From Escherichia phage phiWec186: a stretch of DNA of 64,000 nucleotides. The stretch lies in the sequence record LC739535.1; one strand, 5' to 3'. Positions within the stretch are counted from its first letter, which is position 1. Each line of letters opens with the position of its first letter. The notes under the pieces were generated by a model that was given only the letters and a program-made list of their open reading frames with translations, had not been told where the DNA came from and did no database searches. Of the stretch, positions 56,396 to 64,000 are shown piece by piece. A program made the position numbers and the translations under genes.

Positions 56396-56950
56396 ATGTG
56401 GGGCGAAGGAACGCCCTGGAAGTCACAAGCAGAGTTTTACACTTATCTTCGTGGCTGTCTTCGTCAGGCTTGGATGCGTCACCCTAACAAAATCAAACTC
56501 CTGAATGCAAAACGATACAAAGCGGATCGTCTTGACAAAGATGGTAAGGTGATGTTAGATAAGAAGACTGGCTTACCGAAACAGGTTTGGCATTGTTCTT
56601 GTGAAGTGTGCGGATACACTGGAGGTATGAAAGACTTCCAAGTGGATCATATCCATGCAGCAAAAAACTTGCAATGTTTTGATGACATTCCTATGTTCGT
56701 TCTACGTCTGATTTATGTCAATGTGGAAGACTTACGTATGGTTTGTAAATCTTGTAACTCTATCTTAGCTTACGCTGACAAGCAGGGCATTTCTTTCGAA
56801 CAAGCAAAAGTTGAGAAAGAAGCTATTGCGATCTGCAAAGATAAGCAAGATAAGAAATGGTTAACGAAACGAGGTATCGAACCAGCAAGTACCGTAGCAA
56901 AACGAAGAGAACAAATAGTCAAAATCCTATTGCAGGAAATCGAAAGTTAG
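56396..56950 (+). CDS. HNH endonuclease
   Basis: CSCEVCG...FQVDHIHAAKN...CKSCN is the HNH zinc-finger nuclease pattern (CxxC...DH...CxxC); start uncertain (track ORF begins at 56345). Confidence 0.55.
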   Translation: MWGEGTPWKSQAEFYTYLRGCLRQAWMRHPNKIKLLNAKRYKADRLDKDGKVMLDKKTGLPKQVWHCSCEVCGYTGGMKDFQVDHIHAAKNLQCFDDIPMFVLRLIYVNVEDLRMVCKSCNSILAYADKQGISFEQAKVEKEAIAICKDKQDKKWLTKRGIEPASTVAKRREQIVKILLQEIES

Positions 56951-56984
56951 GTTAATATAACAATACTGGAAGAGAGGAGGGATT

Positions 56985-57602
56985 ATGAAGATAGTTTGTG
57001 ATTGGGATCTGGTGGTTGCTCCACTGGATGTTGCTTGGCTGGAATGGTTGGTTAAAGTTAGTGGAGATTGTGTAGGCTTCTCCGAAGCTGTCAAGAATGT
57101 TGACTACGATCTTACTAAATACTTCCCAGGTTTCCGTGAGAAGTTTAACATCGATCCTTACGGCTTTCTGGATAATCCCCATCTCTATGACACGATGGGA
57201 TGTATCAAACCTATGGCTGACTTCTTAGAAGGTATTGTGAAAGAGGGCGATAATGCACTTATTGCAAGTGTGACTAAAGGTGGACACCTTAGCTCAAAAC
57301 ACAAACATGTTTTAAGAACTTTGCCAACCATTGATTTTGGTAAAGGTTCTGGTAACGGTTTCTTTGCCACAAAAGAAAAATACCTGTTGCCTTGTGATAT
57401 TGCCATAGATGATAGGGCAGAAAACCTGTTGTATTTTCCAGATCATGTTGTTAAGATTTATTACAATACGATGTATAAAGATTTGTATTTGGAAGAATTA
57501 AAAAAGAAACCAAACGTAGTTGTCACGGGTTTGTACAATCAAGCAGAAACCTGTTGGCAGGTTTATTCAATGTTAAAAGAACGAGGAGAAATTAATGTCT
57601 AA
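56985..57602 (+). CDS. HAD-superfamily phosphatase, 5'(3')-deoxyribonucleotidase-like
   Basis: N-terminal IVCDWDLVVAP (HAD motif I, DxDxV) and CDIAIDDRAEN (motif IV, DD). Confidence 0.45.
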   Translation: MKIVCDWDLVVAPLDVAWLEWLVKVSGDCVGFSEAVKNVDYDLTKYFPGFREKFNIDPYGFLDNPHLYDTMGCIKPMADFLEGIVKEGDNALIASVTKGGHLSSKHKHVLRTLPTIDFGKGSGNGFFATKEKYLLPCDIAIDDRAENLLYFPDHVVKIYYNTMYKDLYLEELKKKPNVVVTGLYNQAETCWQVYSMLKERGEINV

Positions 57603-58584
57603 TATCAGTGCACAAGTCATCGCCCAATCCATCAACGAAGAAGGACAGATGATCACAACTTTCGAACTGGAATATCCACGCATCATCCATTCGGAACTGA
57701 TGACACACCGCCTATTCTCCCGAAACGCTGCTTCAAGCCGCGCTATTCCCGTCAAGACTTTGATTGAGATGGTTCGCAACGAACCTGCGGCACCTGTTCG
57801 ATTTGGTCAACACCAACCTGGGATGCAGGATCAAGGTGTAGAGTATGATGCTCTCATTGGGGTAGGTTATTCGAGTCGTGAGTGGTGGAATTTAGCTGCA
57901 CTTAGTGCGGCAAACTTTGCAGAACAAATGGCGGAAGCTGGTTACGCGAAGCAGGTTTGTAATCGCCTTCTTGAACCATTCCAAAAAATGAAGACGGTTC
58001 TGACAGCAACCGAATATGAAAACTTCTGGTGGCTACGTGATGATGCTGATGCTGATCCGACTATTGAAGCTTTAGCCAAAATTATGTTTGAAGCCTATGA
58101 AGCTTCTACTCCAGAACTACTGGCTCCAGGTCAATGGCATACGCCTTACGTAGATCATGTCTACGAGAACATTGGTTTGGAAGGTGATGATGTTTGGGTA
58201 TTCAGTGGGTATAGCACTACAGATGAAAATGGCAATACTATCATGCTGTCGCTGGAAGAAGCACTTGCAATCTCTTCTTCTTGTTGCGCACAAGTGAGCT
58301 ATCGTCGTCTGAATGCAACTAAAGATAAAGCTTTGGACATTTATGGACGTTTGCTTACCGGACGTAAAGTTCACGCTTCCCCTTTTGAACATCAGGCAAC
58401 CCCAATGAAAAAAATGGATTTGTCAGGCTTAAAACGACAGGAGCATGGTGTTAATATTCCTCCGTTCCCGATTTCTTGGGAACCAGGCGTTACTCATGTA
58501 GATCGTAATGGTCAATTCTGGTCGGGGAATATGAAGGGTTGGGTACAACATCGTCAACTTTTAGACAATCATACTAAATGGTGA
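57595..58584 (+). CDS. thyX: ThyX-like flavin-dependent thymidylate synthase
   Basis: SELMTHRLFSRNAASSRAI aligns to the ThyX RHR-x7-S signature, with Thr replacing the first Arg. Confidence 0.5.
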   Translation: MSNISAQVIAQSINEEGQMITTFELEYPRIIHSELMTHRLFSRNAASSRAIPVKTLIEMVRNEPAAPVRFGQHQPGMQDQGVEYDALIGVGYSSREWWNLAALSAANFAEQMAEAGYAKQVCNRLLEPFQKMKTVLTATEYENFWWLRDDADADPTIEALAKIMFEAYEASTPELLAPGQWHTPYVDHVYENIGLEGDDVWVFSGYSTTDENGNTIMLSLEEALAISSSCCAQVSYRRLNATKDKALDIYGRLLTGRKVHASPFEHQATPMKKMDLSGLKRQEHGVNIPPFPISWEPGVTHVDRNGQFWSGNMKGWVQHRQLLDNHTKW

Positions 58585-58601
58585 TTCGAGTAAATTCTTA
58601 T

Positions 58602-58631
58602 TGACTTTAGTGTTAGATTTAGTGTAGTATA
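58602..58631 (+). promoter_or_regulatory. sigma70-like promoter (TTGACT, 17-18 bp spacer, TAGTAT)
   Basis: Hexamers read directly; followed by a GGGGG...CCCCC 5' hairpin and an AAGGAG RBS. Confidence 0.5.
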
Positions 58632-58680
58632 GCAAAACGTTGGGGGAGGTGAGATTCCCCCTTTATAAAAGGAGAAAATT

Positions 58681-59091
58681 ATGTCATTAGTAAACACTAC
58701 CACTTGGGCTACCGTGAGCATGTCTACCGTTAAGTCTACCCCGATCTGGAAGCAAGAGTCAGAAAAATACCGTGGTCATATTCCTCACGATCGTCACGCA
58801 GATGTACTTCGTGCCGCTCTGGTGTTCCTTGGTATGAACGAAGATGGCAACTTCTCTGTTGAACGTAATGTTAACATTCGTAGTAACAACGACAACAGTT
58901 TGGTTTATATCAACACAACTCTTTATACTTTTGCTGTTAAAGAAAGCTGTCCTTTCAAACATATCTACCAAAAGAATGATATTTTTCATTACGGAGATGA
59001 AGAGTTTGGCGGTTGGGGTGTGACCCACACAAAAATGGATGATTTCGGTAATTCCTATGATCCTGCGAGAGCAGAAGATAATTCACTTTAA
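58681..59091 (+). CDS. hypothetical protein
   Basis: ORF downstream of the promoter. Confidence 0.5.
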   Translation: MSLVNTTTWATVSMSTVKSTPIWKQESEKYRGHIPHDRHADVLRAALVFLGMNEDGNFSVERNVNIRSNNDNSLVYINTTLYTFAVKESCPFKHIYQKNDIFHYGDEEFGGWGVTHTKMDDFGNSYDPARAEDNSL

Positions 59092-59101
59092 GAGAGGGAT
59101 A

Positions 59102-59347
59102 ATGACCGATAATAAATACGAAGGCTGTGAGATTGAAGTTTACTTTGATGAGACAGTAGGCTGTAATGTTACAGTTATTTTAGATACTTCCAAACGCTTA
59201 TCACCAAAACGACAGGAAGCAGATCGCAAAGCTAAAGCGAAAGGTTTCCATGATATAAATCATTTTGAAGGGTTCCTTTATGCGAACGGGCTGTTTAACG
59301 AAATGAAATTTGGATACGATGTAGACGTGCTTGGGATTCATAGTTAA
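59102..59347 (+). CDS. hypothetical small protein
   Basis: ATG at 59102 after GAGAGGG. Confidence 0.4.
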   Translation: MTDNKYEGCEIEVYFDETVGCNVTVILDTSKRLSPKRQEADRKAKAKGFHDINHFEGFLYANGLFNEMKFGYDVDVLGIHS

Positions 59348-59361
59348 TATAGGGAGGAGAA

Positions 59362-61602
59362 GTGATTCGATACGTTACTAAATCAAATGGTAAGACAGAA
59401 GAGTTCAATCCTGAAAAACTGCGTAAATGGTCTGAATTTGCAGCAGGGAAACTGAACTGGTCGGAAATTGAATTAGAAGCTGTGAAACGTTGTTACGATG
59501 GTGTGTCTACTCGTGATTTACATAAAGCTATGATCGCTGCGTGTATTGATAAGAAGACTCAAGCGTACAGTGATATGGCAGGTCGATTGCTTCTCGGTAT
59601 GATTTACAAACAGGCTCACGGGGGATACCACAGTATCCCTTCCCTGTACACTTTCTACCAAGATATGGTGAAGCGTGGACATTGGGCCAAGATGGACTAT
59701 ACCGAAGAAGAAATCAAAGAGATTGGTAAGATTGTCAAACATAACAAGAATCTAACCTACGGTTATTCTGTTCTTCGTCAGATGGCGGATAAATACTTGG
59801 TTCGTGATGCTGTGAATGATGTTGTTCACGAGTCACCGCAATTCCTGTTTATTGGTGTGGCAATGCGTGTTATGGAGATCCAGCCTAAAGATCGTCGTAT
59901 CAACGATATCAAAAAGCTGTACACATACGTAAGTGATCTTCAGATTAACTTACCATCTCCTTATCTGACAACGTTACGTACTCCGATCAAAGGTAGCGCG
60001 TCTTGTTGTTTATTCCGTGCAGACGATACAGCAGAGTCTTTGGCTATTGCAAACTATCTGGCACACGAATATACGTTGAATAATGCAGGGATTGGTGTTA
60101 ACCTCCAAACTCGTGCAACTGGACAGGGTGTTAAGAACAACCGTATCGTTCATGGTGGTCTTCTCCCTTACCTCAAGTGGATGGAAGATAGCGTAGGAGC
60201 TTCTAAACAAGCGAGTCGTGGAGGTAGTGCAACGGTTACGTTCACAATCTTGGAGCCAGATTTTGAAGATCTGATTCGACTGAAGAACCCAACCACTCCG
60301 ATCGATAAGCGTGTTGATAAGCTGGATTACTCTGTTGTTGTAAACCGCTCCTTCCTTCGCCGTGCGGCTAAAGGTGAAGAGTGGATGCTTGTGAGCTGTG
60401 ACGAAGCACCGGAACTTTACGAAGCATTGTACAAAAGTGAAGAAGAGTTCGATGCGGTCTACGATAAAGTTAGTCGCCGTCGCATCAAAAAGAAAATTGT
60501 TAAGGCTCGTGACCTGTTGACTGAAATCATTGTTCAACGTGCAGAAACTGGACGTATTTATATGTTCTTCGCTGACAACGTAAACAATCACAGTCCTTTC
60601 CTGGATACTGTGTATCAGTCAAACTTATGTCAGGAGATCTTTTTACCTACTAAAGCGTTCCATAAAATGACGGATCTCTTTACTGGTGAAAACACAGAAG
60701 ATCAAGAATTGGCTTTATGCTTCTTGTCCTCTATTGTTGCTGGGCGCGTTACGCCGGAGCAATATGAAGATGTTGCGTATTATACTGTATTGACGATTGA
60801 TAACGTTATTGAGACGATGGAATATCCGTTCAAACATAACGAGATCACAGCTAAGGCTCGCCGCTCTATCGGCGTAGGTATTACAAACCTTGCACATTAC
60901 TTGGCAAGCAACTTTGTAACCTATTCTGATCCTTATGCGAAGAAGCTGATGCATGAATTAGCAGAACGTCATTACTTCTGGTTGGCACAAGCCTCTCTGC
61001 GCTTGGCGAAAGAGAAAGGTAATGCCGAGTGGATGGATAAAACTAAGTGGCCTCAAGGTTGGCTCCCTATTGACACCTACGCTAAAGCAGTAGATACTAT
61101 TGGGGACTTTGAACTGAAGCTGGATTGGGAAGGCTTACGTGCTGGTATCATTGAACAAGGTGGTATCCGTAACAGTGTGCTTGCAGCAGTGGCCCCGAAC
61201 GAATCAAGTAGCTTGGTGAGTAATACGACCAACTCACTCTACCCTGTACGTGACACGATCATGTACAAACAGAGTCAGAAAGGTAACGTACTGTTTATCG
61301 TACCAGATTACGAAAAACTGAAAATGTTCTATCAGTCGGCGTGGGATACCCCGTCTAAAGATATTGCCGAGATGTATGGACTCTTCACTAAGTTTACGGA
61401 TCAGGGTATCTCCTGTGATGCTTGGTTAGATTATTCCAAAATGGAAGGTGGACGTTTATCAGTGAAAGCCGAGATGCAATTTATCTTAACATTTGCAAAG
61501 CTTGGTGGTAAATCTCTTTACTACCTGAACAGCCGAACCAAATCAGCGGAATCTATGGCCCAAGAAGATTCTGATGGTGGTTGTGAAGCTTGTAAAATGT
61601 AG
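59362..61602 (+). CDS. nrdA: ribonucleoside-diphosphate reductase alpha subunit (class Ia)
   Basis: N-terminal ATP-cone (VTKSNGKTEEFNPEKLRKW), SNLCQEI active-site region, C-terminal CEACKM redox cysteine pair; GTG start after GGGAGGAG. Confidence 0.85.
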   Translation: MIRYVTKSNGKTEEFNPEKLRKWSEFAAGKLNWSEIELEAVKRCYDGVSTRDLHKAMIAACIDKKTQAYSDMAGRLLLGMIYKQAHGGYHSIPSLYTFYQDMVKRGHWAKMDYTEEEIKEIGKIVKHNKNLTYGYSVLRQMADKYLVRDAVNDVVHESPQFLFIGVAMRVMEIQPKDRRINDIKKLYTYVSDLQINLPSPYLTTLRTPIKGSASCCLFRADDTAESLAIANYLAHEYTLNNAGIGVNLQTRATGQGVKNNRIVHGGLLPYLKWMEDSVGASKQASRGGSATVTFTILEPDFEDLIRLKNPTTPIDKRVDKLDYSVVVNRSFLRRAAKGEEWMLVSCDEAPELYEALYKSEEEFDAVYDKVSRRRIKKKIVKARDLLTEIIVQRAETGRIYMFFADNVNNHSPFLDTVYQSNLCQEIFLPTKAFHKMTDLFTGENTEDQELALCFLSSIVAGRVTPEQYEDVAYYTVLTIDNVIETMEYPFKHNEITAKARRSIGVGITNLAHYLASNFVTYSDPYAKKLMHELAERHYFWLAQASLRLAKEKGNAEWMDKTKWPQGWLPIDTYAKAVDTIGDFELKLDWEGLRAGIIEQGGIRNSVLAAVAPNESSSLVSNTTNSLYPVRDTIMYKQSQKGNVLFIVPDYEKLKMFYQSAWDTPSKDIAEMYGLFTKFTDQGISCDAWLDYSKMEGGRLSVKAEMQFILTFAKLGGKSLYYLNSRTKSAESMAQEDSDGGCEACKM

Positions 61603-61632
61603 CAATACAGGGGCTTCGGCCCCTTTTTTATT
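61603..61632 (+). terminator. rho-independent terminator
   Basis: GGGGC-TTCG-GCCCC hairpin followed by TTTTTTATT. Confidence 0.65.
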
Positions 61633-61643
61633 GAGGAGCGATT

Positions 61644-61982
61644 ATGAGCACACTTATAGTTTTACCTGGAGTAACCCCAATCTACCGACCTGGGTTTAAG
61701 CCTCTGTTGCTTTGCCCTGAAGATTTCACCCCTACTTGGTGTCACCATTATCTTGGTGGACGTGAAATAGCTAACATGCAGATTTGGGAATCTTTTTATC
61801 CAGAAGCCACGGCTTACGCAATAACAAGAGCAAGAAGTGAAGAAACAGTGACTGTTATACTTGGTAGAAGCGTATGGGAAGCATTAGAAGGTTTCTACCG
61901 GAGTAATGGTTTTGAGGAACAAGATATTTTAAACTTAAAAGGTTTTTGTGAAATAGTGGAGGATTTAAATGGCAGCAATTAA
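61644..61982 (+). CDS. hypothetical protein between nrdA and nrdB
   Basis: ORF with GAGGAG RBS. Confidence 0.5.
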   Translation: MSTLIVLPGVTPIYRPGFKPLLLCPEDFTPTWCHHYLGGREIANMQIWESFYPEATAYAITRARSEETVTVILGRSVWEALEGFYRSNGFEEQDILNLKGFCEIVEDLNGSN

Positions 61983-63054
61983 TTTACATAATGAGACTTA
62001 CAAAACAGGTAAATATCCGGTATTCATGGGTGAGCAATTGGGGATCTTTGACTCAATTAATGTGACGTATCCTGAAATGCACCGTCTGTATAAACTTCAG
62101 AAAGCCCAAGATTGGGATGAGAATGAAGTGGATCTTAGTCAGACCCGTAAAGACTTTGTAGCGTGTTCAAAAAACAACTACGATGTTATGATCAAGAACT
62201 TGTCGTTCCAGTGGGAGAATGATTCTCTGGCAAAATCCATCATCACTTTGTTCTCTCCGTTTTTGAGCAACAATGAAGCATGTGCTATGATGATGAAGCA
62301 GAGTGAGATGGAAGTGCTTCACGCTCTAACTTACTCGGAGATTGTTCGCCAGTGTACTCCAAACCCTGTAGAAGTTATTGATCAGATTATGGAGAACGAC
62401 AAGATCTTCAACCGTATGGGTATCATTGCAGAGATCATGGGAGAGTTGGAAGAAGCAGGTCACAAATATGCACTTGGTCTGATTGAAGCTGATGATAAAC
62501 TACGTTTGCTGGTCATGAAAGGTCTGGTAGCCCTGATTGGTCTGGAAGGTATCCAGTTTATCTCTTCTTTCTCGGCAACGTTCGCCTTGGCAGAACAGCA
62601 ACTGTTTGTAGGTGCTTGTAAGCTGATTCAGAAAATCATGTTGGATGAAATCCTGCATGTTAAAATGGACTATGCTGTCATTGATGCTCTGATGCAAGAT
62701 CCTGTGTGGAAGAAGATCTACGAAGATAACATCGAAGAACTTACAACTATTCTGGATACAGTTATCGCTCAAGAAGAGCAGTGGTGTGATTATCTGTTTA
62801 GCGAAGGACGTTTTATCGTTGGGCTGAATGCTGAACTGTCCCGTCAATGGGTGTACTTCAATGCGGCTCCAATTTATCGTCGTTTGAAGATGAAGCACAG
62901 CTTTAAATCTCCTAAACAGAACCCACTACCTTGGATGGACATTTGGTTAAACCCAGATCAGATTCAAGCAGCGGCGCAAGAGATCCAAGTTACAGCTTAC
63001 AAACTGAACTCGGCTAACAAAGATGTTTCTGATGATATGGAGTTTGACTTCTAA
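61969..63054 (+). CDS. nrdB: ribonucleoside-diphosphate reductase beta subunit (class Ia)
   Basis: Di-iron ligand pattern (EVLHALTYSE, LEGIQFISSF, DEILHVKMDY) and C-terminal DDMEFDF tail typical of R2. Confidence 0.8.
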   Translation: MAAINLHNETYKTGKYPVFMGEQLGIFDSINVTYPEMHRLYKLQKAQDWDENEVDLSQTRKDFVACSKNNYDVMIKNLSFQWENDSLAKSIITLFSPFLSNNEACAMMMKQSEMEVLHALTYSEIVRQCTPNPVEVIDQIMENDKIFNRMGIIAEIMGELEEAGHKYALGLIEADDKLRLLVMKGLVALIGLEGIQFISSFSATFALAEQQLFVGACKLIQKIMLDEILHVKMDYAVIDALMQDPVWKKIYEDNIEELTTILDTVIAQEEQWCDYLFSEGRFIVGLNAELSRQWVYFNAAPIYRRLKMKHSFKSPKQNPLPWMDIWLNPDQIQAAAQEIQVTAYKLNSANKDVSDDMEFDF

Positions 63055-63272
63055 TGAAACTTAAATGTGTAGGATTGATCGACACATTCAAAGACGTATT
63101 TGACAAAGGGGCTTCCTATGAAGCCTCGGAGTTAAAGAACGGTTTTTGTGATGTGCATGGTAAACGTCTTAAGAAAAACGGAGAACCTTGGCTTGGTGTT
63201 ATGTCTTGTGGTCATATTGTGGTTAACGGTGTTGCAAAGTTTGAAATCGTAAAGGAGGAAGATAATGAGTGA
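63054..63272 (+). CDS. hypothetical small protein
   Basis: ATG overlapping the nrdB stop. Confidence 0.45.
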   Translation: MKLKCVGLIDTFKDVFDKGASYEASELKNGFCDVHGKRLKKNGEPWLGVMSCGHIVVNGVAKFEIVKEEDNE

Positions 63273-63397
63273 GTTTAGTTTTTGCCCTATTTGTGGTGGT
63301 ACAGGTAATGCCTTAATTAGTGCGGAGCAGTACAGCCCGTGTTGGCATTGTTCTGGTAGTGGTTTGGTAGTTGAAGAAAACAAAGAGGAGGAAAAAG

Positions 63398-63724
63398 ATG
63401 GGGATTGATATCGAATGGAAGATGGTGCAAGGCGCACCATATAAGAAATGGGAAGAAGTGTTTAAAGGCGATCCGCAGATTGAGGATCAATTCGATGGGG
63501 ATTTCAACTGGTTTCTTTACGAAGGTATTGGGTTAGTGAGTGTCTCCCCGTGGTTTGATGCAGATCCTGAAGATTGTGTCTTTGGTATTGAACTTGCGTC
63601 AGGATGCAGCGCACGGGCAATAGATCTCACAAGCTTGGATAAAAAAGCAAACGAGATCTATTTTGAACTGCTTAATAAGTATAATATTGAGACTGAAACG
63701 TTAGTATCACAAAACGTTTGGTAA
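63398..63724 (+). CDS. hypothetical protein
   Basis: ATG after GAGGAGG (the track's longer ORF starts at 63371). Confidence 0.45.
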   Translation: MGIDIEWKMVQGAPYKKWEEVFKGDPQIEDQFDGDFNWFLYEGIGLVSVSPWFDADPEDCVFGIELASGCSARAIDLTSLDKKANEIYFELLNKYNIETETLVSQNVW

Positions 63725-63733
63725 GGAGAACTA

Positions 63734-64000
63734 ATGCGCTATCTGGTAACAGGTGGTCTTGGTTTTATTGGGAGCGCCGTTGTGCGCTCTCTTTGTCAAG
63801 ATCCTAATAACGAAGTTTTTGTCATTGATAAAATGGGCTACGCAGCCGATATTGAAAATGTAGGGGATATCACTCACGCCAAACTAAGCATGACGGATTT
63901 GGCAAACGAAGCACAGGTCAAAAGTTTGGTGGTAGAATGCAACCCTGATTTCATTATTCACTTAGCGGCAGAGAGTCATGTGGACAACTCTATCAAAAAT
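63734..64000 (+). CDS. rmlB: dTDP-glucose 4,6-dehydratase-like NAD-dependent epimerase/dehydratase, N-terminal fragment (continues beyond the window)
   Basis: MRYLVTGGLGFIGSAVVRSL...HLAAESHVDNSI closely follows the RmlB/RfbB N-terminus (GGxGFIGS Rossmann motif and HLAAESHVD). Confidence 0.7.
   Translation, partial: MRYLVTGGLGFIGSAVVRSLCQDPNNEVFVIDKMGYAADIENVGDITHAKLSMTDLANEAQVKSLVVECNPDFIIHLAAESHVDNSIKN

Overview
This window reads as a virulent, tailed dsDNA phage genome segment (contractile-tail myovirus architecture), about 40% GC, with E. coli-like ribosome-binding sites. Layout: (1) 1-4.2 kb, + strand: 3' end of a family-A DNA polymerase gene, a homing-endonuclease-like gene, a small nucleotidyltransferase and an SSB; (2) 4.2-39.9 kb, - strand: a complete virion module from terminase through portal, scaffold, major capsid, sheath, tube, frameshifted tail chaperone, tape measure, baseplate and at least four fibre/spike proteins; (3) 40.5-42.6 kb, - strand: an array of 11 confidently parsed tRNAs plus 2 degenerate tRNA-like elements, with its own promoter; (4) 43.9-64 kb, + strand: early/metabolic genes including DNA ligase, flap endonuclease, DEDD exonuclease, ThyX-like thymidylate synthase, class Ia ribonucleotide reductase (nrdA/nrdB) and the 5' part of an rmlB-like dehydratase. 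Most notable observations: a 160-aa mini-intein splitting the terminase P-loop, a -1 frameshift site in the tail chaperone, a promoter-driven GIY-YIG-like gene inserted antisense in the tail module, a CCA-enzyme-like mini nucleotidyltransferase with an SSB-mimicking tail, and a structured leader plus unexplained spacers in the tRNA array. All calls are from motif reading by eye; no database search was run. No CRISPR array, rRNA or integrase was seen.
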